Part shown: positions 24,401-36,208 of the stretch, piece by piece | How the letters are laid out: the number at the start of each line of letters is the position of its first letter | How positions within the stretch are numbered: the first letter of the stretch is position 1 | Source of the DNA: a virus | Strand: one strand, 5' to 3' | IMG/VR virus record: IMGVR_UViG_3300045988_050969 | DNA length: 64,000 nt | Position numbers and translations under genes: made by a program | Notes under the pieces: generated by a model | Told to the model about the DNA's origin: nothing | The model's input: the letters and a program-made list of their open reading frames with translations, nothing else | Databases searched by the model: none

Positions 24401-24986
24401 CACAAGGAGTAGCATTCTATCTGAAAGTGATGCCATTAGTTACTAAGTCATAAGTAGATGTATTAGTACCATCTTTAAACTTAATATTAGTTAATGCTAA
24501 ATTACCTATATATACGTACTGTCCATTGTCTGTAAGTACTTTAGTACCATCTCCAGTAGTCTTAATTACTGTAGTAGTATATTGTTCTTTACTATAGTTT
24601 AATGAACCATCTACAGTAATAGTATCAAATACTACTTGAGATATATTATCTGTACCTTCTTCTTTAATAAAATCAGGAGATTCAATGTATATAGTACCAC
24701 CAACTATAGCTACTTCAGTTGCTAAGTCTAATCCATTTCTACTAGAATTAATAGTATAGATAAGCTTACCTTCCTCTATAGCTTGCTTTAATGCGTCATA
24801 ATCTTCTTGACTTACTTTACCATCAACGATAGTAGGATCAAAGATATACATAGTCATATCTTTAAACTCTATCATTCGAATCTTACCATTTCTTTCACCA
24901 TCTTGGAATGGAATCATTTCCTATCCTGTGACAGCAGTACGTTCTGAAGCTTGACTAATCTTTAAACCTTTAATTCTTGCTATCAT
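21420..24986 (-). CDS. tail fibre (1188 aa) with a C-terminal intramolecular-chaperone (peptidase S74) domain, TAG-recoded
   Basis: ATG 24986, TAA 21420..21422, 3567 nt = 1189 codons. Four ORF fragments are in phase. C-terminus SDARLKSDIKPL...IGTIA[TAG]NLEELGFEDIV... followed by a coiled coil. Also contains the GQPGGLAELDSTGKVPAAQLPSYVDDV fibre motif. Confidence 0.8.
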
Positions 24987-25374
24987 TGTCAATCAAATTA
25001 TTTTCTTTCTACTATTCTAACAGTACTACACCGTTATCTTCCCATAACCAAGGATCTGCATCCTCTGTTAACAATGCTAATACATAAGGATCATACAATC
25101 CTCTAAAGTATCCATTACCACAACCACACTTAATACAATACGGTTTGAGTTTCATAGGTATACCGCTATATAATTGTGGTTTAACCTAATGTAAGTATCT
25201 CTTTAGTATTTCAGAATCTATAGGAGTAGTAACACTAGATGTATTACTAAACTCCAATAAATCTGTTAACTCATTGTATACTATGGTTGCTACAACATCT
25301 CTATTGTTCCTAAGTATATTAGTTTTAAGTATAGAGTTTGTTTTACTGTTTATATATTCTTTTGCTTTATCCAT
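24970..25374 (-). CDS. hypothetical protein (134 aa), TAG-recoded, contains a TAG-TAG tandem
   Basis: ATG 25374, TAA 24970..24972, 405 nt. TAGs at 25186 and at 25012..25014 plus 25009..25011. Overlaps the next gene's start by 17 nt. Confidence 0.45.
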
Positions 25375-25384
25375 AGTAGTTTAA

Positions 25385-28300
25385 TTAAGCTTCACCAACA
25401 CAAATACCTCCTACAAAACGCAAACCATTTTTAGTACCAGTCCATCCTGTATAAGTACCACTAAGATTAGTTACTGTAATCATACTTCTCATAATATCTA
25501 TATGAGTATTTACACCGTCAGATACAGTCACTCCTAACGGAGATATATATGCCTTATTACCCTAAGAATCATAAGCGGTTACTGAAATAGCGTCTGATGC
25601 ATCATCGTCTAAAGCTTTTATCTCTATTCTAGATGAATCTATGCCAGTAGGATTCTTTAATACTATGGAAGAAGTATTATTATCATAAGTAATGACGATA
25701 TTATCAAGAGTGCTATTCTTTAATGAGAAGCTGCCACTATTAATAATAGCATGCTCATCGCTTGTATTTCCTATAGTTATACTATCATTTAATTTCAAGT
25801 TACCACTAGTATCTACGCTGAACCATTCAGTAAACGGAGACTGAGCCTAACCTAGATGCATACCAGTTGAATCTAGTTTAAACTAATAATCACCTGTAAG
25901 CTAGGATATATTATTTTTCTTTATATATGTACCTACAGTAGACAGCCCACTAGTATTATTAATCATACTCAATCCGCTACCGTCTAACGTAAGCTTAGTG
26001 TCTGCCGTAGTTAACTGTAACTAACTGTTCTCAGAATCAGCAGCTAAGTGTATACCTCCAGCTCCAAAGTAAGCTTCACCATTCTCAAAGTCTAACAAGA
26101 AATTAGGTCTAAATGAGTTAGAAGTGTTCATAGGATCTGAAGTATTAATCAAATGATATTCAGAACTATCACCACCACTAGAGTTCTTACCTCTTTGTGA
26201 GAACATCAAGTTATTGTTAAATACAGCTCCACCTACTAATGAGTTAGGTGCAATAAGTAAGTCGGTATATATTGCTTCATAATTCTCTAATACAGTCCAT
26301 GCACCAGATGTATCTGTAGCAGGTGATACATTATTCTATTGTGTACCAATCCAAGTCATAACTGACTTGAGGAAGTAATAATTACCATCACTGGTATCAT
26401 ATACATATGGAGCTTTCTCACCATCATTAATATACGGAGTACTAACACTATATATACCCATAGGATAAGCTATTGGCTATTTACCTACTGGATCAGGAGT
26501 AATAATACCACCCATAGGATTAGGTTTAGACCATGCTGACTCTAATTCGTCATCTATTATTCTGGCTTGAGTAAACCATATATAGTTATATTCATCTCCA
26601 TTAGTAAGCTCAGGTACATCCATAGACCAACCTAAACTAGTAATATCTCTAGTCCATTTCATACTGTCATTATATGTACCAGTATAAGTAGTTTCTGTAC
26701 CTTTACAGTATCTAACTTCATAACCTACTCCAGGAACACCTGAACCACCATTATCACCAGTCATACCAGTCATATAGTATGGATCGCACCAGTCTTCTAT
26801 CATAGTATTATCACTACCATTGATATAAGCAAAAGTAGCCCATAAGACTTTACCATCACTTAAAGCAGGAGCTGAAGAACTCCAACCAGAAGGATAACGA
26901 GTATCTTGGTCTAACGAAGGAGCTGAACTCCAACTATTGTTTCTAGCAAATCTGTATTCGTAGTAGTTACCATCCGTGCCTTGAACCTTACCTACATTTA
27001 CCCAGTCACTACCATTCCATACCCACAAGAAACCATCAATAACCCAACCGTCTCCTATTTCATTACCACTAGTTGGAAGATCATCTGTAGAATCTAAAGT
27101 GCCTTTAATGATAACCCCCTGCCCGGTTACTTTTACTACAGCTCCCCATTCTATTACTGTACCTGTTTCACCTTGAACTAACGCTATACATTTCCACCAT
27201 ATACCAGTAGACATATCAGGAGTAAGTACCCAACCATCACCAGGATTATATGGGTCATTGCTAGTAGGCTTTTCAGGTTGAGTCTGACTCTGTTTAAATG
27301 CTTCTACTTGATAATTAAAGTTATTACCATCAAGACCAGGTACACCTGTAATCAAATAAGGACCTTGCCAACCTCTTTCGTCTTCAGGTAAAGATTCATC
27401 AATTACTAATTGATTATCAAAAGTAACCAAAGCTTGAATACCCCATATTGCTTCTTTACCAGTTGCAGTAGGCATACCTACACCCCAGATACTACCAGGA
27501 TTAATATTCAATCTATCTGGATCTCTAGGTTTAACATCACTACCAGATGTCTTAGTATACATTACTCTAAGATGATTACCGTCTTGACCATTATCTCCAT
27601 ATTTAGCCCATAATGCTGGAGAACTAAAGTTACCCCATTTATGTGTGTTACCTTTATACTTTCTTTGACTAACCCATTCGTATTGGAATTCTTGTGTTAC
27701 TCCCTTAGGATCATCTGTCCAAGGTTGTTTACCAGGAGCTGATTGAGGTATATATTCATCCTGATCTGGATTATTATCTGTAATCTCTGCAGGAGAAGCA
27801 GGTAATTTAGTACGCTGATATATATACTCTACGCCATCTCCATCTTTACCATTCACTCCCCATTTGGACCAAATAGTAGGGTCACTCCATTCACTCCAAC
27901 TGCCATCAGTTTGCAAGTTATGTGAACAAACCCATTCACATTGATACGATTCACTGATGCCTGTAGGATGATCAGTCCAACCTTGTCTAATGGCTTCGGT
28001 TTGGCTATTACCTGTAGGTTTAGTAGGAGTAACTAAACTAGTTACAGTGAGTTTATATACAAACTCAATATTACTACCGTCTGCACCATCATGTCCATCT
28101 GCTCCTGTAAGACGTACAGGTGTACTCCAAGGTACTACTATTGTGCCTTTACTAGAGAAAGTAGCAGTAGACATCCATACATAGCCATTAGGATTACTAT
28201 CACTACCAGACCAACCTTCAGGATATGTAATAGTATTAGTATCGTAATCCCAACTACCACCTACAGGAGTATCGGGTCTTTCTATACTCTTAGTAGACTT

Positions 28301-28669
28301 ATATGCTATTACTACTCTAGTAGTATCCCCATCTATACCTGGTACACCGTCAATACCGTCCTTGCCATCTTTACCATCTTTACCATCTTTACCGTCCTTA
28401 CCTGCATCTCCTGTTCTACCTGCTGGTATGCCAAATGAGAATAAGAACTTATCTTTATCTAAAGATACAGATGCTGTAGGAGTACTTGATTCGTATACAT
28501 CCTTAATTGCAGCCTTAAACTTAGAATTACCTATAACTATATCAGCTACTGATTCAAGTGGTAATTTATAGTTATTGTCTTTTTCTGCAGTAACAATGTA
28601 TTCACTACCTGTAGCTTCAAGCTTCTCTTCTAAGTCCAATATCTTTACACCATCACATTTTTGTATCAT
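25385..28669 (-). CDS. collagen-repeat tail fibre / receptor-binding protein (1094 aa), TAG-recoded
   Basis: ATG 28669, TAA 25385..25387, 3285 nt = 1095 codons. Fragments 26477.., 26021.. and 25562.. are in phase. G-X-Y run GDAGKDGKDGKDGKDGKDGIDGVPGIDGD and repeated W-rich roughly 80-aa modules. Confidence 0.8.
28325..28412 (-). repeat. collagen-like G-X-Y coding repeat (9-bp tandem units)
   Basis: Plus strand ...ccatctttaccatctttaccatctttaccgtccttacc... encodes (GKD)n. Confidence 0.8.
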
Positions 28670-28680
28670 ATCTATTTATT

Positions 28681-29379
28681 TTATAATTTACAATAACCAT
28701 TACTGCAATTTCCTGTACTGCAAGTATTATTAGAACAAGAGTAACAAATACCACTAAATAAAGTAGCAGAGTTACGCTCTTTCTCTAAGTGAAGACATTT
28801 ATCGTTTTCTGTATTGAAACAATCACCTTTCTGAGTAAGAATAGCATTGTTACAGCAAGTACTAGCTGCACATTTTGGTTTAATAGATATCTCAAGTAAT
28901 CTACAGATATCTACATATAATTGTAAAGCATCGCGATAGTAATCGGATGCTAAAGCATACTCAAGCAGCTATCTCTTAAAGACTACTAACATTATGTTCT
29001 GCATAGTCTGATCATCTAAACAAGTTGAGCAGTGAGTATGTAATTTCCTAATCTCTGCCATATATACAATTGAAGGATTGTAGTATATGCCATGAAAATG
29101 TATTTCTTCCTATTCCGTAAAACATCTCAAAGTAACATACTTCATATTCCAATCTAATTCTAGAATGTCGTCATTAGTTACAGTTACATTATTATCGGAA
29201 TCTACTGTAATATTCTCAGAAAAGCTAATGTTATGTATAGGACTGTCTTCAAGTATGTTCTTTAAATTCCATACTTCATCTATATAAACCTCCTTACTGT
29301 AGCTACTAAGATCTACTTCAGTCTCTATCTTAAAGGTCAGTTTATCACCATCTATTTGTATATTTGTTAATTTGTCCAT
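28681..29379 (-). CDS. hypothetical protein with a Cys-rich C-terminal half (232 aa), TAG-recoded
   Basis: ATG 29379, TAA 28681..28683, 699 nt. Fragment 29110..29379 reads through its TAG into a Cys-rich tail (CSTC...CAASTCCNN...CYSCSNNTCSTGNCSNGYC). Confidence 0.5.
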
Positions 29380-29389
29380 ATATCAACAA

Positions 29390-29425
29390 TAAAAAAAGTG
29401 GAGAGTGGAATATTCCACAACTCCA
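29390..29425 (-). terminator. strong rho-independent terminator after 29481..30455
   Basis: Minus strand GTGGAGTTGTGGAATATTCCACTCTCCAC followed by TTTTTTT. Confidence 0.75.
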
Positions 29426-29480
29426 CTTCTGTAGTTTGTAAAAGGAATGTTTATCCCAAATTCAATCTCTCTAACGTGGA

Positions 29481-30455
29481 TTAGGCAATTGTCTTACCAG
29501 CAATAAATGACTGAATACCTTTATCTACGATAGAATCAACTAAACTAGGACAATAAACTTCCGTAGTCAACGGAGTAGTCTTGATATACTGATTATCATT
29601 GCTCAAGTACAGGTTATCATTTTCAATAATAGCGTAGTCATATTCTGTACCTTCAACAGTCTTACGAATCTGTTCTACTTCAGGATATGCGCCAGTAAAT
29701 ACATGACCTTTATAACCCATGTTACGTACTTCTGCGTCACGTACCTGTTTCCAATAACCCTTACCAGGATTACCTGCAGTCTTTTCAATCTTAGCACCAA
29801 CAACGGCTTTAGGCTGATTAGCGAGTAATGCACCAGGAATAGTTTCGTACAGAGAAGCTTCCATAGATACAACGCTGTATTCATTTAAAGAATAAACGCC
29901 TTCATTATCATCCTTCGGCATAGCAGTCAAAGTCAGAACTGCAGCAGAAGCAGAAGCCTGTACTCTACGGTTCTTGTGTGCGTTAATCTTCTTCAAGAAA
30001 GCGTCTACTAAGTCTTTAGCAGTAGTAGTTTCAGCATATACTTCATAAGTATGAGTAAACTGGAAGTTGTTTACTTCAAAATCCTTATAAACAATACGCA
30101 AAACGTAACGATTACCAGCAATGATAGTAGCGTTAGTTAAAGTGATTACAATCTTTTCTTCAACAGGAGCTACATATTCGCCAATTACTGCAGACGGTTT
30201 AGAAGCTTTCTGAATTTCAGTAGAGAAATCAATATTAGCTTTCTGTGCTACTGTACCATCAGGCATAGTAACATTCATCTTTTCACCTGCTACACCTACA
30301 TACAGAGAGTTAGCATTTACTGCATCAGCAGCAGTCTTAATAAGAGCCTTATTCTCATCGAACAAAGCAACATCACCAACAGCCAAAGCATCTACTGTAG
30401 TGTAAGAAGCCGGAGCTTGTTTTCCGATTAATACGGAGTGTACTGATTGTAACAT
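29481..30455 (-). CDS. abundant-looking structural protein (324 aa), TAG-free
   Basis: Intact ORF with no TAG, higher GC, followed by a strong terminator. Function not recognised. Confidence 0.75.
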   Translation of the reverse strand: MLQSVHSVLIGKQAPASYTTVDALAVGDVALFDENKALIKTAADAVNANSLYVGVAGEKMNVTMPDGTVAQKANIDFSTEIQKASKPSAVIGEYVAPVEEKIVITLTNATIIAGNRYVLRIVYKDFEVNNFQFTHTYEVYAETTTAKDLVDAFLKKINAHKNRRVQASASAAVLTLTAMPKDDNEGVYSLNEYSVVSMEASLYETIPGALLANQPKAVVGAKIEKTAGNPGKGYWKQVRDAEVRNMGYKGHVFTGAYPEVEQIRKTVEGTEYDYAIIENDNLYLSNDNQYIKTTPLTTEVYCPSLVDSIVDKGIQSFIAGKTIA

Positions 30456-30552
30456 ATTAAAATATTAAAATTAAATTAGACATTAGCGCTTAGTCTATTC
30501 GCTTACTTTCTACTTTCATTATTTCAGATTTCCACGGCCGTAAGCGCCTTAA

Positions 30553-31221
30553 TTATTCGTCCTAAGATTTCTTAGAACTAGTATTAGGTATAGTTTGCAC
30601 TATCATTTGAACTGCTAGATCAACTATATCCTAATGTGTATTTTCTGGAAGATCTGTATATTCTTTAGTAAGATCACTTACATTACCCAGATCTTTTGCT
30701 TTTCTTAAATAGGTAAGCTAATATGAACTTATATCATAATTACCATCAGTATATAATACAATTTTATTGTCAGTATATACTCTAATAGGTTTTGCTTGAT
30801 TATAACGCAATTTATGATCTGATAGACTATTACTTAGTCTAGAGCTTACTGTCTCTATTGTAGCCTCTATTACATCAGATTCACGAGTAATTAAGTTATT
30901 GCATTTATTATCCTTTATACTTATGTATACATTTTCACCAAGTGCAAACATATAATCTTCAGGATAATCAGTTTCCCATTTATTACCTAATTTACTAAAG
31001 CTATAAGTAGTATAGCTCTTAGTATTTACTAAAGTACGTATGTTATCAGTAATCTCTTGATTTCTCTAGAATACTCTAAAGTTCTGTTTAACATATTCGT
31101 CTTTAGCTTTGTTTATGAAATGAAACAAAGTATCTGAAGGAAACTTAATAGTATCATTATAGTTTGTTATAATGTTATTCAGTTGCCTTTCTACATTTAT
31201 TTGAAAATCTCTTTCGCGCAT
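30553..31221 (-). CDS. hypothetical structural protein (222 aa), TAG-recoded
   Basis: ATG 31221, TAA 30553..30555, 669 nt. Fragment 30718..30951 is in phase. Confidence 0.55.
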
Positions 31222-31223
31222 AA

Positions 31224-31934
31224 TTATTCAGATACTTGGTTTAACTAAAATTTAGAAGATTGTCTTTGAGATTCTATATTCTCTAAAGCAATTACTACAG
31301 CTCTATTAATAATCTCATACATGACATCTTCAGGAAAATCTAATTCTTGTTCAGGTTTAGTATAATCAAACTTAGTTGGTTTCTTAACATAAGTGAGATC
31401 TACTCTATAGAACTCTGTATTATCTTCTACTCTTGGAGCATACATAGGATCCTGCATTAAAACAGGATCTACATATACTAAGAGTTTATCATTTTCTAAA
31501 GTAGCTACTGGATTCTCTACCCAAGGTATATTATTATAAGTCTGCTTAAAAGGCTTTACTAACTCATGGCTAGTAAGTACACAGTTAGTCTAGAATTGTC
31601 CATACTTAAGTAATACACTAAGTATAGTCATTCTATTATCTTCATCATGAACATCTTCTAATGCATACTCATTGTAGTCTGTATGTACAGCATGAAGGTT
31701 AACATCTGTAGCTATTAACTTCTCTATTTCAGATAAGTTAGATACAGAACCTTCTAAACCTACTCTTAAAGCATTGTTACCAGTAATCTTATTACTTAAG
31801 ATTTCCAACTATGCTTGATTAAGAAATAAGTCTACTTCTTCATCTAAGAATGCTGGGCATCCACCATAAGCAATACCTTCTGCATTCTTATCCAGAACTA
31901 CCTTGAAAATTATATGAGAATCTTTATTAGTCAT
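31224..31934 (-). CDS. hypothetical structural protein (236 aa), TAG-recoded
   Basis: ATG 31934 (TAATG overlap). TAA 31224..31226, 711 nt. The TAG at 31245 is 7 codons before the TAA. Confidence 0.55.
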
Positions 31935-32686
31935 TACTTAGATTTAATTTCATTGAGTATCGCTAATTTAATATCTTGATTCTTTTTATCTTGTAAATAA
32001 GCAATAACATCATCGATACCATTACCAATCAAATCTGTACCAAAGAAATATTGAGTACGATTCTTTCTAATAATGTTTTTAGCAATAGCTTCTTCAATAA
32101 CAAAGTTAATTTCTTTATTTGGGTTTTCTACCCATTTCAGCATAAACTTTTCAGGAGAAGTCTCAACTTGTTCTGTAAGTTTAGCTTCAACTAATTCATT
32201 TGACATTGTATCTGATTTCATACCATACAGACGTAAGCACTTACGCATATCTTCAATGGACATTTTATCGAGCTCACGATAAGCTTCACGTTTAACTTTA
32301 TTAACACGATTAGCTTGTTCAGCTTCTGCATCTTTATTAATCAGTACATAATCTTTAGAAGGATTCATATTACTTAACCCATCTGCTACTCTTTTATGAC
32401 CTTTAAGGAATAAGTATTGCAATTCATCTAAAGGTTTCTCAGTATCAAGAATCAAATCTCTCTTACCGATTTTAACTGCAAAGGTAGTCCAAAAATCACT
32501 ATTAGGAGCTAATTCACCTTCTTCTTTATTTAAGGCTTTTTCTAATCTACGAGCATCTTCTGAGCTCAAGCCAGTGTAGATATTACCAGATCTAGTCCAG
32601 TACGGGCCTACATAATCAAAAGTAGTAGGCCATTTAGTAAGTCCTGTCCAAGGATTTACTTTCATTATTCTAACGATTACTTCCAT
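31934..32686 (-). CDS. hypothetical protein (250 aa), TAG-free
   Basis: Intact ORF ending in TAA. Confidence 0.7.
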   Translation of the reverse strand: MEVIVRIMKVNPWTGLTKWPTTFDYVGPYWTRSGNIYTGLSSEDARRLEKALNKEEGELAPNSDFWTTFAVKIGKRDLILDTEKPLDELQYLFLKGHKRVADGLSNMNPSKDYVLINKDAEAEQANRVNKVKREAYRELDKMSIEDMRKCLRLYGMKSDTMSNELVEAKLTEQVETSPEKFMLKWVENPNKEINFVIEEAIAKNIIRKNRTQYFFGTDLIGNGIDDVIAYLQDKKNQDIKLAILNEIKSK

Positions 32687-32714
32687 AATACTTTGTATTA
32701 GATTTATCCTGTTA

Positions 32715-33386
32715 TTAAGCGGCGAAATTCAAAGAATGATTGTTATACTCTTCTAATGTTATCTTTCTTATATAAACATTTTGTTTCTTCCATAATTTCG
32801 GAATATCTGGTTCACTGTATGTCCTAACTAAAGTTATAGTAGTATTATAAAACCTAGCACAATCTGCTTTAGATCTAAACACATTGATAACGTTGTTATC
32901 TACATCTAGTATGGCTACAGGTTGTTGACATTTTTCAACTAAATTCATTATATGATTATGCAACTTATCTGTAGTCTTACCTTTTCGTGTTTCCGACATC
33001 TTCTTTTTAGTTTCTTCAGATGCTTTTCTTCCAATAGCTTTTTGACGAATTTTATCTTTAGTTTCTTCAGAGTGCATTCTACCAAATGTTCTGTCTCCGC
33101 CTTCTGTTAAGTTATAACCTTTTTCTCTATTCATAGAGTCGTATTGCTTAATCCAATACTTTTCTTTTTCTTTTAACTCTTCATACGTATCAGCAAAATC
33201 AATTATTTCTAATGTAAAATTTTCTTCTCCGTATTTAGCCATTGAACGATGAATAGGAGCAGGTTCGCCAATGCGAGCTTCATACCAATGATGGCGATAC
33301 CTCGCACCAGCGCCCTGATTAGTTATTCCTATATAAACTTTTCCAGTAATCTTGTTAGTAATTTTATATACGTCGTTGCTTTTCAT
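32715..33386 (-). CDS. GIY-YIG homing endonuclease with NUMOD3 repeats (free-standing)
   Basis: VYKITNKITGKVYIGIT...R..HH...KYWIKQY...GYNLTEGG, then HSEETKDKIRQK and ASEETKKKMSETRKGK. Intact in the standard code. Confidence 0.85.
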   Translation of the reverse strand: MKSNDVYKITNKITGKVYIGITNQGAGARYRHHWYEARIGEPAPIHRSMAKYGEENFTLEIIDFADTYEELKEKEKYWIKQYDSMNREKGYNLTEGGDRTFGRMHSEETKDKIRQKAIGRKASEETKKKMSETRKGKTTDKLHNHIMNLVEKCQQPVAILDVDNNVINVFRSKADCARFYNTTITLVRTYSEPDIPKLWKKQNVYIRKITLEEYNNHSLNFAA

Positions 33387-33480
33387 ACAATATATCTTTG
33401 TTTGGTATATTATATATAACGTACAAAATACAAAAAAGTTACTCGAAAATTAGTTAAATTTTATTTAATTGATGCTCGAC

Positions 33481-34944
33481 TTACTCTAAAATGAGCTCTC
33501 CGCAAGCTCTAGGATCTCGTAACATTATACCCATTTCACCAAGGAAGAATACGGTGTAGCCGTCCTTACCATTAGATCTCAAGGTATCCTTAGACTTAGC
33601 ATAACCAGACGGAGCAACAGCACCACCAGTGTACCAAGTTACGAATTCACGATCCTTACGAACTACTTTAACGATATTAGCTTCACCATCACGACGACCA
33701 AGATCCAAGAAAGTCATACGATATGATTCCTTCGGCTTCAAGGTTACAGGATGCAACTCACGATTATAAGTAGGATCGTCATACAACGGGAAATATTTCA
33801 AAGTCAACTCGATGCCATTAGTCATCTTGTAAGTCTTGAACTAACCGCCAAAAGTCAAGTTATCACCAGAACCAGTTACAAATACTGTATCCATTAAGTT
33901 CATAGTAGCTACTTTTTCTTTCAAGATACGGTCAAATTCACGCATACCCATTTCACCAGTCAAGGCAACAAACTTACGTTCATTAGTACCCAGGCAGTTA
34001 TAAGACAGGTCAAACAAGAAGTCTTCCAACATCTCACCAGTCAAGTGAGTGTAGTAACGTCTATTAGACGGAGCAATCTGTTCCAACAGACCAGCACCGA
34101 TAAATACCGGACGACCGTTAGTACCCTTCAGATTACAAGAACCATCTTTGTTAACATTAGTCTTCATATAAACGAGCATACGTTCACATCTCTTGTACCA
34201 TTCACGTAAAGCTTTCCATTCCTGATAATCAGCCCACAGATAAGAAGTCTTGCCAGTAGCAGGATCTTTCAAAGCTATTGCCATTACTGTAGAATAAGCT
34301 GAACCAGTAATATCATAGTTAACACGAATAGTAGTAAGATAGTTACGCATCTTGAAGTGAGTGTTGTAGTTCAAGATATCACCCTCTTCACTGTATTCTT
34401 CATATGCAGAAGCAAGACGAGATACCTGTTTTCCAGCTTCAAGATATTCAGAAGGAATATAGGAAGTAGGCTGACCATCTGCTACAAAGCAGGTATATAC
34501 CCACAGATTACCATCTTGATAGGGAGCACCTGATACACGTACTTGGAACTCTCTGTTATCAAATTCGAGAATAGCACCAGGACCAAACCAATTATCTTCT
34601 AACCATAACATGATAGGAGTGTTACCCAAACCTGCAGTAGAAGTAGCAGTAATAGCTGCGCCATTCCATTTAGCGTCTCTAATTGTTACGGCTCTGTCAT
34701 TATCAACCATTACAGACCATTCAAAAGAAGGCTGATCAATTGTCATTACATTGCCAAGACCACCTGTCAACATATCCAAAGAAGTGCTATAACCACTATC
34801 TTTTGTACCAAATACGTAAGACAAGATAGTAGACACCTGATACGGATTCTGCTGAGAAGCTACTGAAATCTTAGCAGTATCAATCAAGTCGGAAAACCAC
34901 TTACCTTTGTAGAGTTGAAGGTTATTAAGAATATTGTTATCCAT
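33481..34944 (-). CDS. major capsid protein (487 aa) with a single in-frame TAG
   Basis: ATG 34944, TAA 33481..33483, 1464 nt = 488 codons. Fragments 33841..34944 and 33481..33825 join across the TAG at 33841..33843. Called from its size, its position after the scaffold-like gene and the TerL-portal-...-MCP order. Identity was not checked by search. Confidence 0.7.
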
Positions 34945-34984
34945 AAAAATACTAGTAATTTAATTTTTTAATTATTTAATTTTA

Positions 34985-36208
34985 TTATGCGACACGTAGT
35001 TGTCGTGCGAAAGCATCCCAGATAGATGAGTTGCTATCGTTATTTATCACTTGCCTTTTAGATTTCTTAGATACTCCACTATTTCTAGATAGTGTATTCT
35101 TGAAATTATCAATAGCATCTTTTTTACCTTTCTTCTTAGCTATATCAATTAAGGCATCACCTTTCATTGTAAAGTAAGCAGAAGTGATTAAATTCTTAAG
35201 GCTTTTAGCATAATCTTTCTAGTATCTAGTAATGCCATCTGCATCCGGTTTGAATATGTATTCCAACAGGGCTTTCTTATCCTTTTCAGGAATATCAATT
35301 CCATAGATACTATCCATGCCTTTTATTTCTGTGACAACGTTATTAAAGAAGTCACGTTGTTGCTTTTCAGCCTCTCTAGCCTATTTTTCCTGGTTGGCTA
35401 ATAGCTCTTCTTTACGTGCAACTTTGATGTCTCTAAGAGCCTCTAAAGCGTCTGTAGCCTCGTCCTCTAATAGGCCTGCTTCTTCATATTTGTTAAGTTT
35501 CTTTTCAATTTGTTTTGAAGTAAAGCCTTTTTCTTTTAAAAATTCTTTAATGACCAGTTTTTGATTTACTTCATCATCTTCTATCTCGATATTATCAATA
35601 TCAAGATCAGCATCGATACTAAAATAATCTTTAAGCTTACCTCCATTATGAACAAATTTATCAAGCTTTTCTACTTCCTCGCTAGCATACTGAGGAGTAG
35701 AATTTTCTTCTATTACCTCTTTAAAGTAATCAATTAGATCTTCAGCAGTTCTAGGCTTTTCGTCATCTTCTACGTCATCCCATCCTAATTGTGTTGCTAA
35801 CGAATCGAAGAATCCTACAATTATTTCTTCATCACTTGTATCATTTCCACCATCGGTATTATCACTATTAGATTCTTGTTCCCTATCCTCATCCTCATCT
35901 TCATTAGTTTCTGTATTTTCAGATTTGGATTTCTTTTGAGTTTTAGTAGTTTTTTTAGGTTTAGATGTAACATCTTCATCTTCATCTTCCTCTTCAGGAT
36001 CTTCGTCTTCAAGCTCATCGTCTTCTACTTTAGTTGTTTTCTTAGGTTTAGGATTACGTAACGCCTCTAACTCTTCATCAGTTAGTTCTTCTGCTGCTGC
36101 ATCAATTACGTCAGTATCGTTGTCTTCTGTTTTAGTCTTAGTACCTACATGAGGGTTTAAGGTATCTAATATAGCCTCAAAACCATTCAATGTGTTCTTT
36201 GCTTCCAT
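34985..36208 (-). CDS. acidic scaffold-like protein (407 aa), TAG-recoded
   Basis: ATG 36208, TAA 34985..34987, 1224 nt. TAGs at 35381 and near 35220. Long D/E-rich low-complexity region. Lies immediately upstream of the MCP. Confidence 0.55.

Noticed and set aside
28325-28412. A possible CRISPR-like or other interspersed repeat array.
   Set aside because: The repeats are contiguous 9-bp units in frame within a G-X-Y collagen tract, with no spacers. No CRISPR array was seen anywhere in the window.
20779-36018. Same-strand alternative-frame ORFs 20779..20994, 29675..29884 and 35821..36018.
   Set aside because: They are nested out of frame within longer genes (the BACON protein, the 324-aa protein and the acidic scaffold-like protein). 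Their sequences look like frame-shifted low-complexity translation.
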